59,978 nt of DNA, from positions 1 through 59,978 of the IMG/VR virus record IMGVR_UViG_3300034101_003213. One strand, given 5' to 3'. A program made the translations under genes and the position numbers. The notes under the pieces are model-generated. The model did no database searches. It saw nothing but the letters and a program-made list of their open reading frames with translations, and was not told the DNA's origin. Source of the DNA: a virus. Taxonomy: Duplodnaviria > Caudoviricetes. Shown here piece after piece: positions 20,126-30,435 of the stretch (position 1 is its first letter; each line of letters begins with the position of its first letter).

Positions 20126-21181
20126 TTATAGTTTCTTGTTAAGTTTTCCGATAACATTTACGTAAGACTCAACAGTGTTGTTTTCGGGTTTTGCCACTGG
20201 TGAGAATGTCATTTCTTCATTAATTTGTTGAGGTACTGAACGAGCAGCACGAACAACAGATTGTGAAGAATTTAGATAATTTTCTTTAATGGTTACTAGT
20301 TTTTCTCTATATTCTTTTGGAGTTGTAAAAGCAACATTTTCCATTAGAGATTGGAGTTTAGCAACTTGAGTATCTGCTAAATCTTTGGTTTCAGCAACAA
20401 AGATACCAGCACACTCTGTCAAAGACATTTCTTTACGAAGATTAATATTTTCATTCAATGCTTTGTTGAGTGTATCGGTAAGTTCAACGTTGTGTGAATA
20501 CAATTCATCCAAAGCGTTGTACTTCTCGGCTGGAACATCAATGTAGTGATTTTCAAAAAGATTCTTGAGACCTGTGATGAAGTTTTCAGCAATTTGTGTT
20601 TTGATGCCTTGTTCAACTGCAACAGCATTTTCTTGCATCCATTCTTCAACAACATAGTCTAGATAATCATCAACTTTTTCTACCAAATTGCCTGTTACAT
20701 TTTCAAGATAGTTTTTAACACCTTCATCCAAAGAAACAATAGTCTTTGAAATTTCAGAGTTAACTTTTTCTTGTACTGCAGCTTCAAAAATGGCTTCAAG
20801 TTGAGTTACAAGAGTTGAATCGGCAACCTCTTCACCAAGAAGTTCGATCAAAGCGTTAGTAAACTTTGTTGTTGCTTCACTAGTTTCGACGGGCCCCTCT
20901 TCTTCTTCCTCTTCTTCTTCCTCTTCTACTGGTTCCTCTGGCTCATTTTGTGTTGGAGCAGGAGCAGACATTGGAGCACCACCCATTGGACCACCCATAC
21001 CACCAGCCATAGCAGCCATTGTAGTTGGGACTTGTGCCTTTGCGTAGTTGTTAGCAGTTACAATAGGCATTGGAGTCATATTACCACGACCATCTGGAGT
21101 GAAAGCAACTCCATTGGCAGGCATAGCCATTCCCATACCTTGTTCCATTTGTTCGTTTATTGTGTTTTTTGTTCTTTTCAT
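20126..21181 (-). CDS. gp22: Prohead core scaffold
   Basis: IFEAAV, VDDYLDYVVEEW..EN..A.E.GIK..IAE.F..GLK.LF..HYIDVP; between gp21 and gp23. Confidence 0.93.
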   Translation of the reverse strand: MKRTKNTINEQMEQGMGMAMPANGVAFTPDGRGNMTPMPIVTANNYAKAQVPTTMAAMAGGMGGPMGGAPMSAPAPTQNEPEEPVEEEEEEEEEEGPVETSEATTKFTNALIELLGEEVADSTLVTQLEAIFEAAVQEKVNSEISKTIVSLDEGVKNYLENVTGNLVEKVDDYLDYVVEEWMQENAVAVEQGIKTQIAENFITGLKNLFENHYIDVPAEKYNALDELYSHNVELTDTLNKALNENINLRKEMSLTECAGIFVAETKDLADTQVAKLQSLMENVAFTTPKEYREKLVTIKENYLNSSQSVVRAARSVPQQINEEMTFSPVAKPENNTVESYVNVIGKLNKKL

Positions 21182-21203
21182 ATCAATAGATCCTTGATCT
21201 TTA

Positions 21204-21995
21204 TTATTTATAAATTCCTAATTGCTTACCTTTTTGTAAAAATCCACCTGCGGTTTCTGCATATGGAGCAGTGTCTGTATAAGATCTTCTTATCGTATCC
21301 GCAGCATTTTCTGCGCCAAATGATTTTAATGAAAGTGTCAGTGGGTTTTCACCAGCCATAGCCAAACGACTTAATCGTGTTGCTTGATATTTTCCTATTG
21401 GTCCCATTCTACCAGATGCAAATAAATTTGGTTCAAAGCCTAAATTAGCAGGATCGAGAACTTTACCAGCCATATTTTTTAATTCATTATAATAATTTTT
21501 TACAGCATCTGGAACTTCTATGTTATATGATGCTAATTCTTTTTCAAACATACCACCTATTCCTGCTATAGGGTCTACATCTGCGCCCAAATATGCTTTT
21601 GCTAGAGTAGTACGTAGTGCTTGTTTTACTGCGTATTCTACTGGTTTTCCAGCAACATCTACGACTTTTGCCACACCGCTTCCAGCTTTTTCCAATCCTT
21701 GTCCTGCAGCGGCTAACAATCCTTGACCACCACCTATGGTTTGTAAACCTCTATTAAGAAAAGAAGATCCACCCCTTAAAGCATCAGAAACCAATCCAGC
21801 AGTCATACCTTCTAACATTTTTTCAACAGTTTGGGCATAGTTCCACCAAGTTAATTGTTGATATGGATCTGCTCCTACAGGAATGTTTGATTGACTTGCT
21901 TTTTTATCAACCTTCATACCCATACCAGAACCTTTGCCCTCAGACAAAAATCCTTTAATTATATTTTGAGTATAGGGATCAAAAGTTTGCATCAA
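21204..21995 (-). CDS. Hypothetical Gly/Ala-rich protein between gp21 and gp22
   Basis: 263-aa ORF coupled to gp21 by an ATGA overlap; FLSE near the N-terminus. Confidence 0.75.
   Translation of the reverse strand: MMQTFDPYTQNIIKGFLSEGKGSGMGMKVDKKASQSNIPVGADPYQQLTWWNYAQTVEKMLEGMTAGLVSDALRGGSSFLNRGLQTIGGGQGLLAAAGQGLEKAGSGVAKVVDVAGKPVEYAVKQALRTTLAKAYLGADVDPIAGIGGMFEKELASYNIEVPDAVKNYYNELKNMAGKVLDPANLGFEPNLFASGRMGPIGKYQATRLSRLAMAGENPLTLSLKSFGAENAADTIRRSYTDTAPYAETAGGFLQKGKQLGIYK
21205..21212 (-). promoter_or_regulatory. Late promoter TATAAATA (gp22)
   Basis: Perfect box; leader contains AAGGA. Confidence 0.75.
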
Positions 21996-22636
21996 ATATC
22001 CTTAAAGTATTTCTCAAAAACCTTGACAATGTTTTTTTGTAAGTTTCTTTTTGAAGATGTTTGAATTACTTTTTTGGCTCTTGACAATTCTCTTTCTTGC
22101 CAGATACCACTTTCATAAATCCATTCTCTTCCTTCCATAATTCCATTTACAAATGCATTTGGTGCCGAAGGATCTGCAACAATATCAATTGCAGCAAGCA
22201 TGAAGTCTTCTTGTACTTCTTGATAACCATTTTTGGCTTTTAAAGAGCCCATTCCACGGGTTGAAACTCCAAGTTGAGCACCCTCTTCAATAAGATTTTT
22301 TACAATCCTTCCCATTGGGGTGTCCATTACTTTGGCTTTACCATAAACATTTTTTCCATCTTCATATAGTTCTTTAACGATATGTGAAACACGATCAAGA
22401 TTAACAGTTGGACCCGTTGGATGGTTTAATTCGCCTAAAGCACGACCTTTATTTACATACTCGTTAATGTATCTATTGGCTTCTTTAGCAAGAATATTTT
22501 TTGGATAAATTCTTCCGTTTTTATTTTTTACGTCGGATTGCATAAAAACGCCTTCAATGAAGTAGTTCTTATCTCCATTGCCAACGTTTTCTTTTACGTA
22601 TTTGATATCTTCTGTTAGTTCTGTGATTAGTTTCAT
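21992..22636 (-). CDS. gp21: Prohead protease
   Basis: MKLITE start with AAGGA RBS; GELNHP, GVSTRGMGSL, DIVADPSAPNAFV. Confidence 0.96.
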   Translation of the reverse strand: MKLITELTEDIKYVKENVGNGDKNYFIEGVFMQSDVKNKNGRIYPKNILAKEANRYINEYVNKGRALGELNHPTGPTVNLDRVSHIVKELYEDGKNVYGKAKVMDTPMGRIVKNLIEEGAQLGVSTRGMGSLKAKNGYQEVQEDFMLAAIDIVADPSAPNAFVNGIMEGREWIYESGIWQERELSRAKKVIQTSSKRNLQKNIVKVFEKYFKDI

Positions 22637-22647
22637 TGATTGTTTCC

Positions 22648-23238
22648 TTAAACGGGTTGTTCTAACCATCTTTTTGGAAGTGGTTGACCATTATCTTCTC
22701 TTTGTCTGAATTCTTTCCACGATGGGAATCTAGTTGGGGAACTTCTTTCATCTTGTCTTCCACGTCTTTCGCGCCAACGTCTTTCACGATCCCACTGCTG
22801 CATCATCTCAATAAATTGCCTATAATACTCTTCCAACCATTTTGACCATTCTTCTCGACTATCAAAATCTTCCTTTTTTTTATGATATTTTTTAACAAAT
22901 TCTTCAAGAGTCATTCCTTGTTCACCATTGGGCCCAGTTGGAATTGGAGGAGCACCTTCACCTTGGTTTGCATTTGGTGACATTGGGGGTAATCCAAGTC
23001 CACCATCGGCTTGCATAGCATTTTCAGCCCCAACAACAGCAGTTGTATCACCCATTGCTATCGCTGGAGCTGATTCTTTTAAACCATTATCTCCAAATAA
23101 TCCTTTTGCAGTAGTTTTATATGCATCTTTTAATTTACTAGAAATTTTTTCATATAAAGCGTTTTGGGTGGATTGCTTAAAACCAATAGCATTCTCCTCC
23201 ACTACACTTTTTATCATTAGTTTAATATTATTATTCAT
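22648..23238 (-). CDS. Putative prohead core protein (gp68 position)
   Basis: Lies between gp20 and gp21; helical N-terminus and highly charged C-terminus. Confidence 0.55.
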   Translation of the reverse strand: MNNNIKLMIKSVVEENAIGFKQSTQNALYEKISSKLKDAYKTTAKGLFGDNGLKESAPAIAMGDTTAVVGAENAMQADGGLGLPPMSPNANQGEGAPPIPTGPNGEQGMTLEEFVKKYHKKKEDFDSREEWSKWLEEYYRQFIEMMQQWDRERRWRERRGRQDERSSPTRFPSWKEFRQREDNGQPLPKRWLEQPV

Positions 23239-23660
23239 TATATTAGTCCTTTTACATTTTCATAAAAATTTAAAGTGTTTTTAAATTTTGCTGAATTTTC
23301 TAACAATTCTTTTGCCATTATTTTTCTATTTTCTGAATTAAAAGAATTAAATAGTTTTTTGAGTTTACTTAAATCCTGTTCTGAAATATTTATGTTTACA
23401 TTATTTTTTAATTTTAAAGAATAATTAGTTTTTGGATTATAATTTTCAAAAAACTCTATTAATGTTTTAACATCTTCGGATATTTCGGTCTTTTCGTCTT
23501 TAAATAAAATATTAGAAGATAGTGATTTGTTTACTTCTTTGAGTGCTTCATTAAGTTTAAATGATAAAGTGTTTATTAAACTTCTTTTGAATGCATCATC
23601 ATTTTCATAAATTAAAGACTGCAAACCACTCTTTAAAATTATTTCTGATATGTTAGTCAT
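23238..23660 (-). CDS. Putative prohead core protein (gp67 position)
   Basis: Directly after gp20; N-terminus similar to the next gene (EN...FK.S....L..K....LK). Confidence 0.55.
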   Translation of the reverse strand: MTNISEIILKSGLQSLIYENDDAFKRSLINTLSFKLNEALKEVNKSLSSNILFKDEKTEISEDVKTLIEFFENYNPKTNYSLKLKNNVNINISEQDLSKLKKLFNSFNSENRKIMAKELLENSAKFKNTLNFYENVKGLI

Positions 23661-25228
23661 TGTTGTCCTTCTGGCGCTGCTTGCTGTTGTGCCATGGCTT
23701 GTTGTTGTGCCATCAACATCATCTGTTCTTGACGCATTCTTTCTCTATCAACTTCCATTTGCTTATCAAGTTCTTTTATTTCATTTTCAGTTTGTCGTAA
23801 AATTTTAGATTTTATGTAATCAGTTGAGAAATATTTCCCAACATAAGGTTCAACAATAGAAAGCATTTTAATTCTTTCAGACAATATTTCAGCCTCTTTA
23901 AGATCCCAGAAATAGTTATCCGTATTGTATACAAATTTAATATCTTTCTTTAAAACATTCCAATCTTCTTCAGTTATAACACCCTTGAGCAACAATTGCA
24001 CACGTAAAAAGTCTACAAACAACTTAGCAAAATGGTGTCTCAATCTATCAATAAATTTATAAAACTTAACTTCTTCTCTAGTAATTTCCAAAGATCGGCC
24101 CATGTTAAATCCAGTTTGCTCTGCAACCAAACGACTCAATGGGACATTTAAAGAGTTATATAATTTCTTTTTAAAGTAATCAACGTCCTCAATTTGAGAC
24201 ATAGCGTTGCCACCAGGCAAAACAGAAATCTGTGTTCCCTGAGATCCCTCTCGTCTTGGGAGCCAATAATCTTCAAGAACTGAAAGGTGATTTCTTTCGT
24301 CTCTTATCTCTCCAGTAGATTGATTGTAGATGATTCGATTGCGGAATCGACTCATCATATCTCTTAAATATTGTTCTGCTTTTTGTTTTGGTAGTTGACC
24401 AACATCGACATAAAACACTCTTCTCTCGGGTGCACGTGCTACACGGTAAACTAGAAGAGCATCTTCTAGTTGTCTAAGCATGTTTAAAGGTCGAATGGCC
24501 TTATGCAGATACCCCAAAACCCGCTTTGTGTTCATGTCAATCAATCCCGATGGAACATAAACAACGCTATCTAATGAAAGTTGAAGACCTGCAGGACCCG
24601 TCATTAAAAATGATTCTTTATCAGAATCAGTGTACATATAATATTCTTCAATTTCTTTTATTAAACTGACAGAACCACTTTTTGTTCTTTCTTGTTCTTT
24701 TTTAACTTTACGAACCTTTTTAATTTTTAATGGATCAATTGGTATAATTTCTTTAATACCATCGATAGGATTATCTTTATCAATTACAATATTATAAAAA
24801 AGACGCGAATCGATATACCATCTTCTAAAAATTTCATAGCCCTTGTGGTTAAAATCTAAAAGATGCAAGATGTTATCAAATTCTCTATAAATTTTTACTT
24901 TAATTGAATCTGGTATTGATAAATTTTTAAGATCCAATTTTATTGGGTTTACATCAGATCCCTTTACAATTGCAGCATTTATAATTTCTTCAATTGCATT
25001 GTCTACTTCAGGGTAGACAGACATGTTTCTGTATTGTATTACAGCACTGCTCTCGTCCTTTAGTGTTCCTGTATAATCTATAGCAGAACTAAAATAGCCA
25101 CCAGCCTCGACAGTAACGGTTCCGTCAAATGTCTCGGGTGCGGCTATTTTTTTCAATGCGATATCTTGAACTTCTTGTTTAGTTTTTTCTTTCTTTCCAA
25201 ATTCGAATCCAAATACTTCTATTTCCAT
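23657..25228 (-). CDS. gp20: Portal protein
   Basis: FRRWYIDSR, YRVARAPERRVFYVDVG.LPK.KAEQY, EDYWLPRREG, ITREE.KF.KF. Confidence 0.97.
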   Translation of the reverse strand: MEIEVFGFEFGKKEKTKQEVQDIALKKIAAPETFDGTVTVEAGGYFSSAIDYTGTLKDESSAVIQYRNMSVYPEVDNAIEEIINAAIVKGSDVNPIKLDLKNLSIPDSIKVKIYREFDNILHLLDFNHKGYEIFRRWYIDSRLFYNIVIDKDNPIDGIKEIIPIDPLKIKKVRKVKKEQERTKSGSVSLIKEIEEYYMYTDSDKESFLMTGPAGLQLSLDSVVYVPSGLIDMNTKRVLGYLHKAIRPLNMLRQLEDALLVYRVARAPERRVFYVDVGQLPKQKAEQYLRDMMSRFRNRIIYNQSTGEIRDERNHLSVLEDYWLPRREGSQGTQISVLPGGNAMSQIEDVDYFKKKLYNSLNVPLSRLVAEQTGFNMGRSLEITREEVKFYKFIDRLRHHFAKLFVDFLRVQLLLKGVITEEDWNVLKKDIKFVYNTDNYFWDLKEAEILSERIKMLSIVEPYVGKYFSTDYIKSKILRQTENEIKELDKQMEVDRERMRQEQMMLMAQQQAMAQQQAAPEGQQ

Positions 25229-25257
25229 GGTTAATCTCTATAATAGTTATATCAACA

Positions 25258-25806
25258 TTAATCAGTAATTCCCGGTATCTCAAAATAGTCACAAACAAAA
25301 ACTACAGAAAATCTTACAATACTATTTGGTGTTTCCATATTAAAAGATATTGGTTCAATTGTTTTTGGCCAACAGCCCTTAAGCATAAATTTTTTATGAT
25401 CATTTTGGCTGGATTCACCATTTAGTGTTAAATGTCTAATAGTAAAATCTGTTTTATAAGTATTGCTTCCAGCTATTACATAACTTTTATTAGTAACGTG
25501 ATCGTTAATCCAGTTATGCCACTTAGAAAATATTTGCCACATATCTTTTCCTTGTCCAATATCGTCTAAAACAATAACAGACCAAGGACCATATTGTTTT
25601 TCTCCCGGATAATACGCTTTTCTTCCAAAATATTCATATTGGATTCGTTGAGAACTTACACTAGGTATTGTAGTAGTTTGAATGTGAAATTTACTAAATT
25701 CTGCAGTACCGCTTGGCTGTGGTATATTCCCTTCTACTAGAAATCTATTAGATCTTGTACCACCATTAAATGCATCTTTAAAACTTGAAATAGTTATTTC
25801 AGCCAT
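25258..25806 (-). CDS. gp19: Tail tube protein (copy 2)
   Basis: GGTRSNRF, YFGRK.Y.PGE, W..W, GCWP. Confidence 0.85.
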   Translation of the reverse strand: MAEITISSFKDAFNGGTRSNRFLVEGNIPQPSGTAEFSKFHIQTTTIPSVSSQRIQYEYFGRKAYYPGEKQYGPWSVIVLDDIGQGKDMWQIFSKWHNWINDHVTNKSYVIAGSNTYKTDFTIRHLTLNGESSQNDHKKFMLKGCWPKTIEPISFNMETPNSIVRFSVVFVCDYFEIPGITD

Positions 25807-25807
25807 A

Positions 25808-26386
25808 TTATGCACCTAATCCTTTTGTTATTTCATAGTAGTCGTACACCATATTTACTGTAAATTTCACAAAACCAGCAGAAGACATATCTAAATTTAT
25901 TTGTGTAATTAATTCTGGCCAACAATTTTTTAATACAAATGTTCTTATTGGTGTATCTCCGTTCAAAGGTAATTGATGTACCGTCCAATCTTTTTGTAAT
26001 CCTTTAAAATCAAATATATCAATCGCGGTTGATCCACCAACTTGGTGAGTTCTATGTCCATCTAATCTTTCTTTCCAATGCTGAAAACTTCGCCACAAGT
26101 TATCAGAATTGTTGTCATCGTATATTCCTATTGTCCAAGTAGAGTAATTTCTATCACCGGCTATGTTTAAAATTCTGCCCCTATAAGGTACTTGAATAGT
26201 TCCTAATTCTGCAGAGGGCAAACTAGCCGCGTATATTTTAAAACTCTCACTATCGTTTGGCTTATCAACAGCAAAGGTGCCACTAGGAAATGCGTTTAGC
26301 AACGAAACCGCAAATCTGTTTGCGCGGGTTCCACCATTAAACCCATTCTTAAAGGCTTCTATGGAATTCGATGATGGTGTGGTCAT
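25808..26386 (-). CDS. gp19: Tail tube protein (copy 1)
   Basis: GGTRANRF, ASLP..GTIQVPYRGR...AGDR, NCWP, FTV...YDYYE. Confidence 0.92.
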   Translation of the reverse strand: MTTPSSNSIEAFKNGFNGGTRANRFAVSLLNAFPSGTFAVDKPNDSESFKIYAASLPSAELGTIQVPYRGRILNIAGDRNYSTWTIGIYDDNNSDNLWRSFQHWKERLDGHRTHQVGGSTAIDIFDFKGLQKDWTVHQLPLNGDTPIRTFVLKNCWPELITQINLDMSSAGFVKFTVNMVYDYYEITKGLGA

Positions 26387-26390
26387 GTGT

Positions 26391-27671
26391 TTATGATATT
26401 GTTGATACGTTTATAACAAATTCATCAGATGCTATTAGTGGCTTAAATACAACTTGTGCATTGATTGTAGAACTAAAATCGGTGTTGTTGCTCTCATCAC
26501 AGAAAATTTGAGTATAAGTTGTATCCAAATATTGACTTAAATTATTCATATAAGTAGAAATTTGCGAAGATATTGCAGCTCTTGTATTTCTATCGTTTGT
26601 TTTGAATACATATAAAAGCAAAATATTTCTTACAGCAGTTTCGATGTCTTGCTTTATTTTAGAAGGACCGACTCTATCATTTGCAGAATATGTGTTTCCA
26701 ACAGCTGCAGTAGCCCCTACAAGATCTAAACCTAAAAAGTCTAAACCATTGGATGTTGTGTAAAAATTAACTCTATTTTGTTTATATATTTCTTTTTTAG
26801 TTTTTTCTGTCCATAGAATTGGTGTGGTTACCGCTCCATTCAATACATATGAATTAGAATTTCCAGCAATACTAAAATACAAAGTATTACTATTTTTAGC
26901 ACGCACAAATGCTCCTGCTGCATCACTAACCATAGATGTTACAACTTTATACATACTGTTTTCTTTTAATGTGCTTGTCACAAGATCTCTTGTGTTTGTT
27001 CCCGACACATTAAATATTCTTTGATAATATGTTGACCCAGAAACAAATGATGGATTTGTAAACAAAGAATCAAAATTAATAGCTGTAAATCCTTCACCGC
27101 CATTTATAGATGCAAAAATTCCTATAACTTGTGGTGTGGACTCAATATAATTCAATTCTCTAACACTACCGTTTTGGCCAATCAAAACATCTATTGGGTT
27201 GTTTGTATTCAATTCATATGAAACTAAACCTGCTGTAGATCCGGAAATTACTAAAGTTCCACCGTATGCCAAATATGTTATTGCATACATAAAGTCCATA
27301 CCATTTGTCAACCCAACTATGTTATTTCCATTGTATGTAAAAAATCCAAATGTTCCACCAGCATTGGGGGTCAACAAACAATAAGTAGTTCCTGCCAAAT
27401 TGTTTAAATCATTTACTAGATCAAAGGGATTGTCGTATACGATATAAGGATCGTATGTATTACCTTTAGTTGGTGTGGCTAAAGATGTTCTAGAATATAT
27501 CAACCAACCAAATAAGCCACCCGGATTTGTGCTAGCAGAACCAGAAACCCCCGCAAAAGTTGGACTCCTAAACGTAGACCCCGCCAACATTGCCGCATAC
27601 AGAGGGGCTACCGCTCTTTCTCTATTATAGTAGTTTGGTGAAATGAATGAATTTAATGATGGATTTGCCAT
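26391..27671 (-). CDS. gp18: Tail sheath protein (short, divergent)
   Basis: Between gp17 and gp19; C-terminal ND..TRA..CDESNN..VVFKP..EF sheath motif. Confidence 0.82.
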   Translation of the reverse strand: MANPSLNSFISPNYYNRERAVAPLYAAMLAGSTFRSPTFAGVSGSASTNPGGLFGWLIYSRTSLATPTKGNTYDPYIVYDNPFDLVNDLNNLAGTTYCLLTPNAGGTFGFFTYNGNNIVGLTNGMDFMYAITYLAYGGTLVISGSTAGLVSYELNTNNPIDVLIGQNGSVRELNYIESTPQVIGIFASINGGEGFTAINFDSLFTNPSFVSGSTYYQRIFNVSGTNTRDLVTSTLKENSMYKVVTSMVSDAAGAFVRAKNSNTLYFSIAGNSNSYVLNGAVTTPILWTEKTKKEIYKQNRVNFYTTSNGLDFLGLDLVGATAAVGNTYSANDRVGPSKIKQDIETAVRNILLLYVFKTNDRNTRAAISSQISTYMNNLSQYLDTTYTQIFCDESNNTDFSSTINAQVVFKPLIASDEFVINVSTIS

Positions 27672-27687
27672 TTTTCCGCCTTCAAAT

Positions 27688-27695
27688 TATTTATA
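27688..27695 (-). promoter_or_regulatory. Late promoter TATAAATA (gp18)
   Basis: Perfect box, short leader. Confidence 0.75.
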
Positions 27696-27700
27696 ATTTT

Positions 27701-29347
27701 TTATGCAGGATACCAAACAACCCCGTTTGAGGTAAATTGGTCATCATCATTATCATTAGAATTTAACATGAATAAATTTGCGTCTTCTTCTGGGTTTTTG
27801 GCCTCTTCGTAGTTCAGACTGGCAGTTTCTATTAGATCTGAATAATATTCTTGCCTACACAACCAAGCAAAGAATACTAAAGTCATAACTAAATCATCGT
27901 TATGACCATCTTCTGCTTTAAATGTATTTGATTTGGAGACAAACGCCATCAACTCATGTATAATTCTATCATCATTAATTAAAATTTTATCGTGTTCGAC
28001 TAAATTTTTTAATATTGCACATCCTAATTTTTTTGTTTGGGTTGTGGTTCTGATACCCATTTCACTTTTTCCATTAGCAAAACCCTGAGAAAGTATTTGA
28101 CCTTTTCTCCCCATTATTTTTGTCATTAAAAGGTTTTCATAGTTTAAATCGTTATAAAGTATATTCGAAATTTGTCCACCAATGTCATTAGTTTCTACTA
28201 AAACATATGCATTGTTATAAAGTTCCCCAACTTTTTTAATTATATTTGGGAAGGCAAATGGGCTTATTGTATTGTTTCTAAAGGTAGCAACAATTTTATA
28301 TGGCGTTTCATTACCACTTATTACCGTGAATGCAGAATAATCAGACCCCTGTCCTCTAGCAACATCTGCCATTAAAAAATAAATTTTATCTTTATTTGGA
28401 TTTTCATAAATTCTCAATCCTTCAGAATCTTCTGATAAAAATTCCTCAGATGCAAGAACATTTAATTTTGTACTTGATATGAGTGTATTTGCAGAACCAA
28501 GAAAATTACATCCATATTCTTGTTCAAATTGTTCTGCACTTGTATTTGCTATTTGTTCTTGAGCCCATTTTTCATCCCGTAACTCTGGTCTACCCGGGCT
28601 AATTGGCGTTTCTTTCCAACCAACTTCAACCGGCACAAATTTGTTTTTTAATTTATGATCTTTTGACCTATTTGCATCAACCCAAAGTTTATGAAAGTGA
28701 TTAAGGCCGTTTGGTGTAGATACAATTATTAATTTTGTTGTTGTACCCGCAGAAATTGTTGGATATGTTGCTGTGTAAAATTCTTCTGCTACGTGACTAG
28801 GCAAGAATGCATATTCATCAAGTAGCAGCAGGTTATAGGAGCCACCACGAATGGCTGTAGACGATGTTGCATCGCACATGACCCTGGACCCGTTTTCTAG
28901 TTTAAAACTCGTCTTATTCCATTCTACGACCCCCTGTTGAAGAAAATGAGGTAGGTTCTCATAGGCTAGTTGCAATTTAGAAAAAAGTTCTTCTTTGGCC
29001 GTCTTTAATCTGTTTGCCAAAATAGCAACGTTAACACTTTGGTTAAATGTCACATAATGACAAATGTAACTAGTAACGCAGGTTGATTTACCACATTGTC
29101 TGGGCCATTTTGAAATTACAAAACGGTTTTTGTGAATTTCATTTATAAACTTTTTTTGATAATCATACAATTTAAAAGGTACAACACCCTTATCCAATGT
29201 TTTTACTTTTATGTATTTTTCACAAAAATAAACAGGGTCATTGGCGCATTTGACATATTCTTCTAACTCTTCTTTGGTATATTGAAGTTCTACACCGGGA
29301 AGTTTTAAATTAGGATTGTTTCGATATCCTTGTTGATTGTTGTTCAT
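27701..29347 (-). CDS. gp17: Terminase large subunit
   Basis: PRQCGKST, LLLLDEYAF, VSTPNG, QEYGC.F, DVARG, HNDDLVM. Confidence 0.97.
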   Translation of the reverse strand: MNNNQQGYRNNPNLKLPGVELQYTKEELEEYVKCANDPVYFCEKYIKVKTLDKGVVPFKLYDYQKKFINEIHKNRFVISKWPRQCGKSTCVTSYICHYVTFNQSVNVAILANRLKTAKEELFSKLQLAYENLPHFLQQGVVEWNKTSFKLENGSRVMCDATSSTAIRGGSYNLLLLDEYAFLPSHVAEEFYTATYPTISAGTTTKLIIVSTPNGLNHFHKLWVDANRSKDHKLKNKFVPVEVGWKETPISPGRPELRDEKWAQEQIANTSAEQFEQEYGCNFLGSANTLISSTKLNVLASEEFLSEDSEGLRIYENPNKDKIYFLMADVARGQGSDYSAFTVISGNETPYKIVATFRNNTISPFAFPNIIKKVGELYNNAYVLVETNDIGGQISNILYNDLNYENLLMTKIMGRKGQILSQGFANGKSEMGIRTTTQTKKLGCAILKNLVEHDKILINDDRIIHELMAFVSKSNTFKAEDGHNDDLVMTLVFFAWLCRQEYYSDLIETASLNYEEAKNPEEDANLFMLNSNDNDDDQFTSNGVVWYPA

Positions 29348-29771
29348 TATTCACTACCTCCACATCCACAACACCCTTTTCAGTGCTTCTTTCTTTATTT
29401 AATAAATTTTGTAGATCTTTAGTTGATCCAACAAACACAGAATTATTTGTTTGTTTGACTTCAATTTTAGAATTTGTTGTATCTTTTGCTTTTTTATGAA
29501 CATCCAATACATTGTTATTCAGATCGGCCATTGTTTTTAACAATATAGCGACCACCTCAAAAGCACGTGGGCTATCAGATTCTGTTGCTACCTTTAAAGC
29601 ACTCTCTAAAGCCAAATTGCCTGTTCCTAATAAATTTTTAAAATTGCCTTGTACTAATTCATAATCTTTTTGAAAATTTTGAGAATCAAAAGTTCCACCC
29701 GAAATAGGTTTACTACTTTGGATTTCGTTTGGTACATTAAAAAAGGATGATAAATTTTTATTGATATTCAT
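29310..29771 (-). CDS. gp16: Terminase small subunit
   Basis: DYE, ESDSPRAFEV, NNSVFVGSTKDLQ. Confidence 0.92.
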   Translation of the reverse strand: MNINKNLSSFFNVPNEIQSSKPISGGTFDSQNFQKDYELVQGNFKNLLGTGNLALESALKVATESDSPRAFEVVAILLKTMADLNNNVLDVHKKAKDTTNSKIEVKQTNNSVFVGSTKDLQNLLNKERSTEKGVVDVEVVNNEQQSTRISKQS

Positions 29772-30433
29772 GTCTCTTCAATATCTACGTCACCAACTCC
29801 AGTAATTCTGGTAACACTTCTTACTGGACCATAAATGTATGATTTTGCTAAAAAACTAAAAGAAGAAATGTTTATTCTTCTTGTGGTCAAATCACCATCA
29901 TATTTTTCAGTAATATTGTTATCCAACATCACAATTGGAATTCTTATACTTTGTTGAGCCGCATTTAAATCCATTTCAATTATGTGATCTGGATTAAAAT
30001 ATGGAATAATTTGCTCGGCAATCTGCAGAGTATCATCAATGTGTCTTGTATATATAAACAAAGAAAAAGAAATGTTTACAGGAACTTGTTCAAAAATTTG
30101 ATTTGCTGTTCCTGAACATTCATCTTGAACTAATGTTGATGAAGACAGCGGTAACGTTTTGTTTCTTCGTCTTGATGCATCTGGTTTTATGGTTGTCATT
30201 ATATAACTCAATTTAGGCAATTGAGTTTCGATTCTGGTACCGTTTGCAATAGAAGATGGTTCCAATAATCTTCTAATAAATTTTTCTTGGGGTGCATAGG
30301 TTATGGGCACTCTTATTTTTACAGGTTGATTTATATTATCTGGATTTGCATGTTCAACATATATTGAATTAAAAAGTGTACCAAATCCAACTACCAGTTT
30401 TCTGAGACTTTCATTATAAAAATAATTAAACAT
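29768..30433 (-). CDS. gp15: Tail sheath stabiliser/terminator
   Basis: YFYNESLRK..FGTLFN, VPITYAP.EKF, QIAEQIIPYFNP. Confidence 0.93.
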   Translation of the reverse strand: MFNYFYNESLRKLVVGFGTLFNSIYVEHANPDNINQPVKIRVPITYAPQEKFIRRLLEPSSIANGTRIETQLPKLSYIMTTIKPDASRRRNKTLPLSSSTLVQDECSGTANQIFEQVPVNISFSLFIYTRHIDDTLQIAEQIIPYFNPDHIIEMDLNAAQQSIRIPIVMLDNNITEKYDGDLTTRRINISSFSFLAKSYIYGPVRSVTRITGVGDVDIEET

Positions 30434-30435
30434 TT

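Noticed and set aside
18630-29347. Introns or inteins in gp17, gp20, gp23
   Set aside because: All are continuous and of normal length with no splice motifs seen.
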